Positions 17,943-30,932 of a DNA stretch of 64,000 bases are shown here, one piece after another. Where the stretch lies: the NCBI GenBank assembly GCA_951406725.2, contig CATOCA020000001.1:2728001-2792000 (forward strand), read 5' to 3'. The translations under genes and the position numbers were made by a program. Every line of letters starts with the position of its first letter. The first letter of the stretch is position 1. The notes under the pieces are model-generated. The model did not search any database. It worked only from the letters and a program-made list of their open reading frames with translations, and had not been told where the DNA came from. Source of the stretch: Octopus vulgaris (Eukaryota).

Positions 17943-18020
17943 GTATGGCCTAAAAGTGGACGTCTGGGCTGCAGGGGTCATAACATATATTTTACTTTGT
18001 GGATTCCCTCCATTTGTCAG
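17943..18020 (+). CDS. DCLK: Doublecortin-like kinase exon, subdomain IX: (G)[25 protein letters not shown](S)
   Basis: Polypyrimidine + AG acceptor at 17941-42, GTCAGT donor at 18021; matches the DCLK signature [24 protein letters not shown]; phase joins the next exon (AG|T = Ser). Confidence 0.88.
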
Positions 18021-18076
18021 GTCAGTTCCTTACACACACAAATGCACATTGATGGTCTTCTATGTGTAAAATTTCT

Positions 18077-18656
18077 ACATACATACATACATACACACTC
18101 ATACAGACATACACACTCATACATACAAAAATGCATGCATACATACATAGATACATACATGCATGCATGCATATATACATACATACATACATACATACAT
18201 AAATACATACGTGCATACATACATACGTGTATACATACATACATGCATACATTCATACTTACATACATACATAAATATACATACATACATACATATATAC
18301 ATACATACATATATACACACTCATGCATACAAACATGCATGCATACATACATACACACATGCATACATATATACATACATACATACATACATACAAACAC
18401 ACATATATGCATACATGCATACATACATACATGCATGCATACATACATACATACATACATACATACATACATACATACATACATACATACATACATACAT
18501 ACATACATACATACATACATACATACATACATACATACATACATACATACATACATACATACATACATACATACATACATACATACATAGATAAAAACAC
18601 ACATACATGCATACATGCATGCATACATACATACATACATACATACATACAAATAC

Positions 18657-18689
<33 letters not shown>

Positions 18690-18703
18690 CATACATACAT
18701 GCA

Positions 18704-18749
<46 letters not shown>

Positions 18750-18751
18750 CA

Positions 18752-18785
<34 letters not shown>

Positions 18786-18931
18786 CACATACATACATAC
18801 ATATGTACATACATACATACATACATACATACATACATACATACATACAAACATACATATACATACATACATACATACATACTTACATACATACATACAT
18901 ACATATACATACATACATACATACATACATA

Positions 18932-18963
<32 letters not shown>

Positions 18964-19025
18964 CATACATACATACATACATACATACATACATACGTAC
19001 GTACATACATACATACATACATACA

Positions 19026-19057
<32 letters not shown>

Positions 19058-19083
19058 CATACATACATACATACATACATACA

Positions 19084-19115
<32 letters not shown>

Positions 19116-19185
19116 CATACATACATACATACATGCATACATACATACATACATACATACATACATACATACATACATACATACA

Positions 19186-19219
<34 letters not shown>

Positions 19220-19287
19220 CACACTCATACATACATGCATACATACATACATACATACATGCATACATACATACATACATACATACA

Positions 19288-19318
<31 letters not shown>

Positions 19319-19335
19319 GTACATACATACATACA

Positions 19336-19369
<34 letters not shown>

Positions 19370-19391
19370 CATACATACATACATACATACA

Positions 19392-19423
<32 letters not shown>

Positions 19424-19490
19424 CATGCATACATACATACATGCATACATACATACATACATATATACATACATACATACATACATACAT
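18077..19490. repeat. (TACA)n microsatellite, ~1.4 kb
   Basis: Directly visible. Confidence 0.97.
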
Positions 19491-19559
19491 ATCAATGGAA
19501 ATTGTAGCTGTGATACGAGTGCCGGTGGCACGTAAGAAAAACCTTCCGAACATGGCCGT

Positions 19560-19595
<36 letters not shown>

Positions 19596-19609
19596 ATTAT
19601 ACATATATA

Positions 19610-21143
19610 TGACGGGCTTCTTTCAGTTTCCGTCTACCAAATCCACTCACAAGGCTTTGGTCGGCCCAAGGCTATAGCAGAAGACACTTGCCCAAGATGC
19701 CACGCAGTGGGACTGAACGCAGAACCATGTGGTTGGTAAGCAAGCTACTTACCACACAGCCACTCCTACACCTATATATATATATGTGTATATATACGAC
19801 GGGCTTCTTTCAGTTTCCGTCTACTTTATTCACTCACAAGGCTTTGGTCGGCCCGAAGTTAAAGTAGAAGACACTTGCCCAAGGTGCCACGCAGTAGGAC
19901 CGAACACAGAACCATGTGGTTGGTAAGCAAGCTACTTACCACACAGCCACTCCTACACCTATATATATATATGTATATATACGACGGGCTTCTTTCAGTT
20001 TCCATTTACTTTATTCACTCACAAGGCTTTGGTCGGCCCAAGGCTATAGCAGAAGACACTTGCCCAAGATGCCACTCAGTGGGACTGAACGCAGAACCAT
20101 GTGGTTGGTAAGCAAGCTACTTACCACACAGCCACTCCTGCGCCTATATATATATATATATATATACGACGGGCTTCTTTCAGTTTCCGTCTACTTTATT
20201 CACTCACAAGGCTTTGGTCGGCCCGAGGCTTTAGTAGAAGACACTTGCCCAAGGTGCCAAGCAGTGGGACCGAACCCGGAACCATGTGGTTGGTAAGCAA
20301 GACACTTACCACACAGCCACTCCTACACCTATATATATATATATGTATATATACGACGGGCTTCTTTCAGTTTCCGTCTACTTTATTCACTCACAAGGCT
20401 TTGGTCGGCCCGAGGCTTTAGTAGAAGACACTTGCCCCAGGTGCCACGCAGTAGGACTGAACCCAGAACGATGTGGTTGGTAAGCAAGCTACTTACCACA
20501 CAGCCACTCCTGCGCCTATATATATATATATATGTATATATACGACGGGCTTCTTTCAGTTTCCGTCTACTTTATTCACTCACAAGGCTTTGGTCGGCCC
20601 GAGGCTTTAGTAGAAGACACTTGCCCAAGGTGCCACGCAGTAGGACCGAACGCAGAACCATGTGGTTGGTAAGCAAGCTACTTACCACACAGCCACTCCT
20701 ACGCCTATATATATATATATATATACGACGAGCTTCTTTCAGTTTCCGTCTACTTTATTCACTCACAAGGATTTGGTCGGCCCGAGGTTTTAGTAGAAGA
20801 CGCTTGCCCAATGTGCCACGCAGTGGGACCGAACCCGGAACCATGTGGTTAGTAAGCAAGCTACTTACCTCACAGCCACTCCTACACCTATATATATATA
20901 TATATGTATATATACGACGGGCTTCTTTCAGTTTCCGTCTACTTTATTCACTCACAAGGTTTGGTCGCCGAGGCTTAGTAAACACTTAGGTGCACGCAGT
21001 AGGACTGAACCCAGAACGATGTGGTTGGTAACAAGCTACTTACACACAGCACGAAAAAAAAATGAAATGACGGCTCTTCTCTTCTTATTCCTAGCGTAGT
21101 TTAGTAAACACTTAGGGAGCATCAGTTAACAATCTTACCCACA

Positions 21144-21174
<31 letters not shown>

Positions 21175-21490
21175 TACGACGGGCTTCTTTCAGTTTCCGT
21201 CTACTTTATTCACTCACAAGGCTTTGGTCGGCGAGGCTTAGTAGAAGACACTTGCCCAAGGTGTTAGGACCAACGCAGGACCATGTGTTGGTAAGCAAGC
21301 TACTTACCACAGCCACTACTACGCCATATATAATATATATATATATATATGTACGAGGTTCTTTCAGTTTCCGTACTTTATTCTCTAACAAGGCTTTGTC
21401 GGCGGGCTATAGGAGAAGACACACCTAGGTGCCACGCAGTGGGAACCAACATGTGGTTAGTAAGCTACTTACCTCCGCCACTCCTACACC
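19610..21490 (-). repeat. SINE family 1 head array (ctactttattcactc variant); degraded after ~20950
   Basis: Repeated unit with (TA)n spacers. Confidence 0.9.
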
Positions 21491-21696
21491 TATATATATA
21501 TATATATGTAATTAAGGGTTTAGCAACGAATTGCCTCACCAACACACCGAATTTAGAAATAGCAGTCAAAGAGATATAGCTATTCCTTCTACTAAAAAGG
21601 GGGATCTCAGTAAAAACACAGCACTTGAAAGGCAAACACAGACAGGTAAGAAAGAAAGAATGAAATGACGGCAATCTATCATACAATTTTAAGTTA

Positions 21697-21788
21697 CCTA
21701 CGGACGTACGTTTCGAAATCAAGTTTTAGGAGAGCATAAGAATTAGAAAATTCTACTTTACCCAAACTTCTTTTCTCATCGGCGCAGG
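21697..21788 (-). ncRNA. Type I hammerhead ribozyme motif (minimal stem III, U4C core variant)
   Basis: Minus strand CCUGCG-CCGAUGA-GAAA..AAGUUUGGG...CCUAAAACUU..UUUC-GAAA-CGUACG-UC^CGUAGG; stem I CCUGCG/CGUAGG; palindromic ACGUACGU stem III. Confidence 0.65.
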
Positions 21789-21984
21789 ATACTACAATTA
21801 TGAATAATTGTATATTAAATTTTGAGATACTAGAAGGCATTATCTCAACTCAGTGTCAGAGCGAGCCAAAGCATGACCAGTACCACGAAATTCAAAGTTT
21901 GAATGAAAGTTTGTGTCACCAGCCCCCTTCCACCCGCGTGTAGCCAAGACAAAATGCTGCGGTCATTTACTGGGATAAAATATG

Positions 21985-22406
21985 GTTATCAGTAATAATA
22001 AAGGGTGAAATTAATTAATTTGGAATAATTATCAATTACACCAAGTAGATTTCGGCATGTAAAAGCCCCATTCGAGGAAAATTTGAGTAATACTAAGTAA
22101 TTAAGGGTTTAGCAACGAATTGCCTCACCAACACACCGAATTTAGAAATAGCAGTCAAAGAGATATAGCTATTCCTTCTACTAAAAGGGGGGATCTCAGT
22201 AAAAACACAGTAGAAGGAATAGCTATATCTCTTTGACTGCTATTTCTAAATTCGGTGTGTTGGTGAGGCAATTCGTTGCTAAACCCTTAATTACTTAGTA
22301 TTACTTAAATTTTCCTCGAATGGGGCTTTTACATGCCGAAATCTACTTGGTGTAATTGATAATTATTCCAAATTAATTAATTTCACCCTTTATTATTACT
22401 GATAAC
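21985..22406. repeat. Near-perfect inverted repeat: 198-bp arms (21985-22182 / 22209-22406), 26-bp loop
   Basis: Arms read as reverse complements with one mismatch seen (atttgagtaa vs ttacttaaat). Confidence 0.93.
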
Positions 22407-22427
22407 TATATATATATATGTATATAT

Positions 22428-22829
22428 ACGACTGGCTTCTTTCAGTTTCCGTCTACTTTATTCACTCACAAGGCTTTGGTCGGCCCGAGGCTTTAGTAGA
22501 AGACACTTGCCCATGGTGCCACGCAGTGGGACTGAACCCGGAACCATGTGGTTGGTAAGCAAGCTACTTACCACACAGCCACTCCTACGCCTATACATAT
22601 ATATATATATATATGTACGACGGTCTTCTTTCAGTTTCCGTCTACTTTATTCACTCACAAGGCTTTGGTCGGCCCGAGGCTTTAGCAGAAGACACTTGCC
22701 CAAGGTGCCACGCAGTGGGACTGAACCCGGAACCATGTGGTTGGTAAGCAAGCTACTTACCACACAGCCACGCAGTAGGACCGAACGCAGAACCATGTGG
22801 TTGGTAAGCAAGCTACTTACCACTCCTGC

Positions 22830-22892
<63 letters not shown>

Positions 22893-23755
22893 GTTTATAC
22901 GACGGTCTTTATTCACTTTGCGTCTACCAAATCCCCCCACAAGGATTTGGTCGGCCCGAGGCTATAGTAGAAGACAGTTGCCCAAGGTGCCACGCAGTGG
23001 GACTGAAACCGGAACGATGTGGTTGGTAAGCAAGCTACTTACCACACAGCCACTCTACGCCTATACATATATATATATACTACGGGCTTCTTTCAGTTTC
23101 CGTCTACTTTATACACTCACAAGGTTTTGGTCGGCCCGAGGCTTTAGCAGAAGACACTTACCCAAGGTGCCACGCAGTGGGACTGAAACCGGAACCATGT
23201 GGTTGGTAAGCAAGCTACTTACCACACAGCCACTCTACGCCTATACATACATATATATACTTTATTCACTCACAAGGCTTTGGTCCGCCCGAGGCTATAG
23301 CAGAAGACACTTGCCCAAGGTGCCACGCAGTGGGACTGAAACCGGAACCATGTGGTTGGTAAGCAAGCTACTTACCACACAGCCACTCTACGCCTATACA
23401 TATATATATACGACGGGCTTCTTTCAGTTTCCGTCTACTTTATTCACTCACAAGGCTTTGGTCGGCCCGAGGCTATAGCAGAAGACACTTGCCCAAGGTG
23501 CCACGCAGTGGGACTGAAACCGGAACCATGTGGTTGGTAAGCAAGCTACTTACCACACAGCCACTCCTGCGCCTATACATATATATATATACGACGGGCT
23601 TCTTTCAGTTTCCGTCTACTTTATTCACTCACAAGGCTTTGGTCGGCCCGAGGCTTTAGCAGAAGACACTTGCCCAAGGTGCCACGCAGTGGGACTGAAA
23701 CCGGAACCATGTGGTTGGTAAGCAAGCTACTTACCACACAGCCACTCCTGCGCCT
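22428..23755 (-). repeat. SINE family 1 head array
   Basis: Repeated unit; many copies share gactgaaaccgg. Confidence 0.9.
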
Positions 23756-23835
23756 ATAAAGAAGAAAATGTACAAATTTGCAAAAGATATTCATAACTGA
23801 ATTATGGCTTTTAATGTGGAAATTTCCTTTTCTAG

Positions 23836-23932
23836 TCCAAGCAACAACCAGGAAGAATTATTTGACAAGATCCTAAGTGGACATTTTGAATTCATTTCAC
23901 CATTCTGGGACGAGGTTTCGAGTTCCGCGAAG
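23836..23932 (+). CDS. DCLK: DCLK-like kinase exon: (S)PSNNQEELFDKILSGHFEFISPFWDEVSSSAK
   Basis: ttccttttctAG acceptor, GTAAGA donor; CaMK/DCLK subdomain X pattern (QE.LFD.IL.G..EF..P.WD..S.SAK); frame-compatible with both neighbours. Confidence 0.9.
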
Positions 23933-23959
23933 GTAAGACCCACGTATACACATACTCGT

Positions 23960-24966
23960 CTACTCTTTTACTCTTTTACATGTTTCAGTCATTTGACTAC
24001 GGCCATGCTGGAGCACTGCCTTTAGTCTATATATACATATATAGTGGCTAATACCATAGCGGATCTATTTTTAGCGCAAGAGTCGACCATATGGTGGTCA
24101 CCCTCTTATATTTGTGTATATATGTATATATATACTCTTTTACTCTTTTACTTGTTTCAGTCATTTGACTGCGGCCATGCTGGAGCACCGCCTTTAAGCG
24201 AGCAAATCGACCCCCGGGACGTATTCTTTGTTAGCCCAGTCTCTTTTGTGACGGGCACGTAAACACACCAGCATCGGTTGTCAAGCAATGCTAGGGGGAC
24301 AAACAGAGACACACACATATATATATATACATATATACGACGGGCTTCTTTCAGTTTCCGTCTACCAAATCCACTCTCAAAGCATTGGTCGGCCCGAGGC
24401 TCTAGCAGAAGACATTTGCCCAGTATGCCACGCAGTGGGACTGAACAGAGAACCATGTGGTTGGTAAGCAAGCTACTTACCACACAGCCACTCCTGTGCC
24501 TATATATATGTTATTTTATTTTACTTGTTTCAGTCATTTGACTGCGGCCATGCTGGAGCACCATCTTTTAGTCGAGCAAATCGACCCCGGGACTTATTCT
24601 TTGTAAGCCCAGTACTTATTCTATCGGTCTCTTTTGCCGAACCGCTAAGTGACGGGGACATAAACACACCAGCATCGGTTGTCAAGCAATGCTAGAAGGA
24701 CAGAGACACACAAACATATACACACACATATATATATACATATATACGACGGGCTTCTTTCAGTTTCCGTCTACCAAATCCACTCACAAGGCATTGGTCG
24801 GCCCGGGGCTATAGCAGAAGACACTTGCCCAAGATGCCACGCAGTGGGACTGAACCTGGAACCATGTGGTTGGTTAGCAAGCGACTTACCACACAGCCAC
24901 TCCTACACCTATATATATATACGACGGGCTTCTTTCAGTTTCCGTCTACCAAATCCACTCACAAGG

Positions 24967-25015
<49 letters not shown>

Positions 25016-26359
25016 TCTTTAACTCTTTTACTTGTTTCAGTCATTTGACTGCGGCCATGCTGGAGCACCGCCTTTAAGCGAGCAAATCGACCCCCGGGAC
25101 TTATTCTTTGTAAGCCCAGTCTCTTTTGTGACGGGCACGTAAACACACCAGCATCGGTTGTCAAGCAATGCTAGGGGGACAAACAGAGACACACACATAT
25201 ATATATACATATATACGACAGGCTTCTTTCAGTTTCCGTCTACCAAATCCACTCACAAGGCATTGGTCGGCCCGAGGCTCTAGCAGAAGACACTTGCCCA
25301 AGATGCCACGCAGTGGGACTGAACAGAGAACCATGTGGTTGGTAAGCAAGCTACTTACCACACAGCCACTCCTACACCTATATATATATACGACGGGCTT
25401 CTTTCAGTTTCCGTCTACCAAATCCACTCACAAGGCTTTATATATATATATATATATATATATACTCTTTTACTCTTTTACTTGTTTCAGTCATTTGATG
25501 CGGCCATGCTGGAGCACCGCCTTTAAGCGAGCAAATCGACCCCCGGGACGTATTCTTTGTAAGCCCAGTCTCTTTTGTGACGGGCACGTAAACACACCAG
25601 CATCGGTTGTCAAGCAATGCTAGGGGGACAAACACAAACACACACACTTATATATATATACATATATAAGACAGGCTTCTTTCAGTTTCCGTCTACCAAA
25701 TCCACTCACAAGGCATTGGTCGGCCCGAGGCTCTAGCAGAAGACACTTGCCCAAGATGCCACGCAGTGGGACTGAACCCGGAACCATGTGGTTGGTAAGC
25801 AATCTACTTACCACACAGCCACTCCTGTGCCTATATATATGTTATTTTATTTTACTTGTTTCAGTCATTTGACTGTGGCCATGCTGGAGCACCGCCATTT
25901 TAATCGAGCAACTCGACCCCGGGACTTATTTTTGTAAGCCCAGTACTGATTCTATCGGTCTCTTTTGCCGAACCGCTAAGTGACGGGAACGTAAACACAC
26001 CAGCATCGGTTGTCAGGCAATGCTAGGGGGACAAACACAGACACACAAACACACACACACATACATATATACATATATACGACGGGCTTCTTTCAGTTTC
26101 TGTCTACCAAATCCACTCACAAGGCTTTATATATATATATATATATATACTCTTTTACTCTTTTACATGTTTCAGTCATTTGACTGCGGCCATGCTGGAG
26201 CACCGCCTTTAGTCGAGAAACTCGACGTCGGGACTTATTCTTTTGTAAGCCCAGTACTTATTCTATCAGTCTATTTTGCCGAACCGCTACGTTACGGGGA
26301 CGTAAACACACCAGCATCGGTTGTCAAGCTATGTTGGGGGGACAAATACACACACACAA

Positions 26360-26400
<41 letters not shown>

Positions 26401-26580
26401 TATATATATACATATATACGACGGGCTTCTTTCAGTTTCCGTCTACCAAATCCACTCACAAGACTTTGTTCAGCCCAAGGCTTTAGTAGAAGATACTTGC
26501 CCAAGATGCCACGCAGTGGACTGAACTCGGAACCATGTGGTTGGTAAGCAATCTACTTAACACACAGCCACTCCTACGAC
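23960..26580 (-). mobile_element. Cluster of tandem full-length and partial SINE family 1 copies
   Basis: About six copies with 3' tail tactcttttacttgtttcagtcatttgactgcggcc; internal duplication (24135-25000 resembles 25460-26130). Confidence 0.88.
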
Positions 26581-26635
26581 TATACTACTCCTAGGTATAC
26601 TTGATAGACATTAATATCCCATGTGTAATAATTGT

Positions 26636-26986
26636 ATATTTCTTTATTGCCCACAAGGGCTAAACATAGAGGGGACAAACAAGGACAGACAAAGGGATTA
26701 AGTCGATTATATCGACCCCAGTGCGTAACTGGTACTTTATTTATCGACCCTGAAATGATGAAAGGTAAAATCGACCTCGGCGGAATTTGAACTCAGGACG
26801 TAACAGCAGACGAAATACCTATTTCTTTACTACCCACAAGGGGCTAAACACCGAGAAGACATACAAGGACAGACAAACGGATTAAGTCGATTATATCGAC
26901 CCCAGTGCGTAACTGGTACTTTATTTATCGACCCTGAAATGATGAAAGGTAAAGTCGACCTCGGTGGAATTTGAACTCAGAACGTA
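26636..26986 (-). mobile_element. Two 5'-truncated SINE family 2 copies in tandem
   Basis: Same sequence as 13026-13257. Confidence 0.8.
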
Positions 26987-27023
26987 ATGATTTGAAATAT
27001 TTTCTTTCTTTTTTTTTATACAG

Positions 27024-27081
27024 GACTTGATTGAACACATGCTTCATGTAGATCCAGAGAAAGAGAGAGAAAGAGAGAGTT

Positions 27082-27083
<2 letters not shown>
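27024..27083 (+). CDS. DCLK: Truncated DCLK-like exon, subdomain XI: DLIEHMLHVDPEK, then GA-repeat read-through ERERES*
   Basis: Strong tttctttctttttttttatacAG acceptor, phase 0 matching the previous exon (SAK|DLI); similarity stops at ~27062; TAA at 27081-83. Confidence 0.8.
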
Positions 27084-27125
<42 letters not shown>

Positions 27126-27137
27126 AAAAGGGAGAGA

Positions 27138-27356
27138 AACGGTTAATAACATGGATGACACAGGCGCCCTATGGCTTTAATACAAAAAGAGAGACACAAA
27201 AACAATATCAGCAAGCGTGGAAAAATAATTACCTTTTCGGTGATAAGACACATGTTGAACAAGTGGCCGATGGAAAGAGATTGGCTGAGGCAGCAAGTCG
27301 CAAGAGGCTAAGAGAGAGAGGGGACCAAGGAGGGTAGAAGGCGAGGACAGAAGCAG
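27138..27356 (+). repeat. 219-bp direct repeat, left copy
   Basis: Matches 30714-30932 with three substitutions seen. Confidence 0.93.
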
Positions 27357-30300
27357 ATCCTCCAGGATCTTCCAGATGTATATTATGGCATATCTTTCCC
27401 GCCTACGCTCCAGGGAATACAGTTTTAATCTCTTCAGTCTTTCCCAGTAGCTTACATTCTGCATAGAGGCTATCTTCTTCGTGTAGCTACGTTGGATCGC
27501 CTCGAGCTCTGTGATCAACTTGACACTGGATGGTGACCATAACTGAGAGCAGTAGTCAAAGTGGCTTAGGAAAAGTGTCCTCCAGAGGACCATCATGGTT
27601 TCTTGTTCTCTTGTTCTAAAGGTTCTGAGGATCCATCCGGCCAGTCTTCTACATTTCATTGCCAATTTAGCAACATGTACACGAAAGGTCGCGTCATCAC
27701 TCATGTAAATACCTAGGTCACGCACTGATTGTGCCTCTGGGATTGCTATTCCTCCGGGTCCGGTGTATTCATTGGGTATTGCATTTAGTTTTGCATGCTG
27801 ATATATAGAGCTTGAAACATTTCAGCATTGAACTGCATGCTATTCTTTTCAGCCCACATGTATATTTTGTCCAGCTCACATTGCAGGTGCTTAGTGTCCT
27901 CAGGGTTCTGTATTGCCTGTGAAACTTTTGTATCATCTGCATAACTTGTGATCGTGGCTCTCTGCGTGGCTGAGGGCATGTCTGAGAGGGCCATTATGAA
28001 CAGTAGTGGTCCCAGAACAGTGCCCTGTGGGACACCGCTTACTATTTGCGTGTTAATGGAAGTGGCCCCATTGGCTACTACCACCTGACTTCTATCTTTC
28101 AGAAAGTCATGGAGCCATTCTCCCAGTTTTCCAACTATGTTGAGATCACGCAGTTTGTGACATATCATTCCATGATCGACTTTATCAAAGGCCTTTGCAA
28201 AGTCGAGATATATCACTTCCACATTTGAGTGGTTGAGCAGCCGTTTCAGCACCCAGTCATAGTGTTGTAGGAGCTGAGTTAAACAGCTTCTCCCTGGTCG
28301 GAAACCATTTTGGGTGTCGGGCAGTAAGTCATTCTCTTCAAGGAAGGTGATCAGCTTCCTTCTGACTATTCGTTCCATGACCTTGCTGATGTGTGAGGTC
28401 AGAGAGATAGGTCTGTAGTTCTTGGCTTCCGCTCTGCTACCTCCTTTATGAATGGGGCATATTTTACCTTCCTTCAGTTTTCTTGGAAGTTTGCCAGCTG
28501 CAAGGAAGCTCTGAAAGAGGAACTGCAGTGGTCTTGCTAGGACTCTCTTACATGCTTTTAGGAGGATTGCCGGGAATCCATCGGGGCCAGTAGCTGAGTC
28601 TGTTTTCATTTCATCTAGAGCCTTGATTACATCGTCTTCCTTTATATCGATGTAATCTATCGTCGCCGCCTCTGATTTTATATCTGCAGTGGTAAAAAAA
28701 GGCAGTTGGATTGGTGATTTGGAGATGCCCAAGGGGTGGAGTGAAAACACTCTTGAATTGCTCATTCAGTATTTCACTTACCCTCATTGGTTTTCCTGTA
28801 AGTGTGCCATCCTTTTCGAGGAGTGGCCCTATTCTACAGTGCACCGTAGCTGTTTCTTTGGCATACCTGTAGAAAGCTCTGGGGTTAGATTTTATGTTGT
28901 CTATAGCCCAGGCTTCTTTGTCTGCTCTTTCTTTTTCATGAGAGAGTTGCAGACATTTTTCGATTTCCAACAGTTTTATTTTTAGGCGGGACTTTTCACT
29001 GCTTTCAATCTGTTTGCTTAGGCGATTTGAAAATTTTGTACGCCGTCTCATTAAAATTTTCCTCTCTCTGGGGATTTTGTTCTTGTGTACAGTGGCCTTT
29101 CTCTCTGGGACACATTTGTAGCATATGGCTTGCATTATAGACATGAATTGTTGAAGTTTCACGTCGATGTCTGGCGAGGAGAGACATTTAAGCCAGTTTT
29201 GTTTGAGGATCTCTTTCTCAATTTGTTTCCAGTTTGCCTTATGGTAGTTCAAGCTGGAAAGATTCTGAGGGTTTCTTGTAGGCTGCATGTCCGTGCTCTC
29301 TTTTGGCCCGTACTCTTTTGGTCAGCTCTATCATGTTGTGATCCGAGAGTAGTGTCGGTGTCACTTTCACATTATGGATGAGATCCATGTCATTTGTGAA
29401 GCAGAGATCCAGTGTGTTACCTGCCCTGGTTGGCTGGAGTATTACCTGCTCCATGTACAGGGTGTTGATGAGGTTCAGGAGGGACCTCGCCTGTCCTCGT
29501 TCACATCTTGTCATTCCTGGGAGAGAAAGGCCCTCGGGCCATCTGACACTGGGCAGATTGAAGTCTCCCATAAGAAGTACACTTATGTGTTGTTCTAATG
29601 TGGTTAGAACTTCTTCTATTTTTATAAGGCAGTCTTCAAACTTGCCCACATGGCTTGGGGCATCTGGAGGGCGATATGTAGCACACACAACTACATCAAG
29701 TTGCCTAATATGTACAATTAGTGTGTCACACACCGAGTTTGAGTATGACAAGAGGACCTGGGGTGTGAGGTCCTCACGGATGTACATAGCAACACCTCCA
29801 TGACTCCTTTCTTTTCTGTCGGTCCGTAGTACAGCATACTGTGGTATGTGTAACTCCGCATCTGCTATGTCCGGTTTCAGGTGCGTTTCCGTAAGTGCTA
29901 TGCATAAGTCTTGATTGCATGCAACAAAGTCTCTCAGGAACGGGATTTAGTCCTGTTACTGAGTGTTTGCAGCCCTCTGATGTTCAGTAGGAGCATCGAG
30001 GTGAGGTGTACGTTGTTGCCGGCGGTGTCCATCCTGGGTCTGTTTGCTGTGGTGGTCTTGTATATAGTGGGTAGTCCCACCTGCGGGCTTGGGTTTGATG
30101 AAGCCAGGTCAGCTGCTGTACAATCTTTTGTGCCATGCACAAAAAAGATTGTTGCTCAGCAGCTACCCTTTCGACAACATCATGTTGGCGGTTTGTGGCA
30201 CGCACAACATCTGCGTACCTCCGCTTTGGGGCAGGTGGTGCGTGGTCCATCCTTTTTCCTTGTGTTGATGGTTTGTCCATCTGCCTCGTGTCTCTGTGGC

Positions 30301-30713
30301 AGGGTCCCCGATGTGCAAAGCGGCAGCCTGCACCTTGCTTTCCATGCCAGCAGGAACCTCTAAGGTAGAACCTACACACCCGTGTGTGCTGTTTGTTTCC
30401 ATCTTTTGCGGTTCAACTTCTATTCCTGGTTGTTTCACCTTTTGGTCCTGCTTGAGCTTTTCCTTTAGCTCTTCCAGTCCTTCTTTTAGTTCTTACTCCT
30501 CCTCTACCTCTTCACCGGGTTCTCCGTCTCCATGGCCCTTGCTGCCGGTTGGAGAACTTGCACCTGGGATCACTACCCGGGCAGGTTTCTCACTCAAAAC
30601 CTCCTCCCGGGAATCCACCAGGTGGGGGTGACTTCTTTCATCGTCTCCATTCTTGCCATCTTTGCCCCGCTCGTTCTCAAAGATGGCATCAAGTGCGCCA
30701 ATGTGCGACCGGT
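27357..30713 (-). mobile_element. CR1/L2-group LINE, frameshifted: ORF1 with CCCH finger, ORF2 with APE endonuclease + RT; 3' end missing
   Basis: CRFYLRGSCWHGKQGAGCRFAH; LLNIRGL, YRPP, MGDFNLP, SDH; NYRPISLTS, QNGFRPGRSC, YLDFAKAFDKVDH, GVPQGTVLGPLLF, YADD; ends at IWKILED. Confidence 0.93.
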
Positions 30714-30932
30714 AACGGTTAAAAACATGGATGACACAGGCGCCCTATGGCTTTAACACAAAAAGAGAGACACAAAAACAATATCAGCAAGCGTGGAAAA
30801 ATAATTACCTTTTCGGTGATAAGACACATGTTGAACAAGTGGCCGATGGAAAGAGAATGGCTGAGGCAGCAAGTCGCAAGAGGCTAAGAGAGAGAGGGGA
30901 CCAAGGAGGGTAGAAGGCGAGGACAGAAGCAG
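30714..30932 (+). repeat. 219-bp direct repeat, right copy
   Basis: Matches 27138-27356. Confidence 0.93.

Larger units (their letters stand above)
21508..22406 (-). mobile_element. Putative non-autonomous Penelope-like element (direct + inverted pLTR arrangement) containing a hammerhead motif
   Basis: 21508-21621 repeated directly at 22097-22210; inverted arm 22209-22406; hammerhead core inside; no ORF. Confidence 0.5.
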
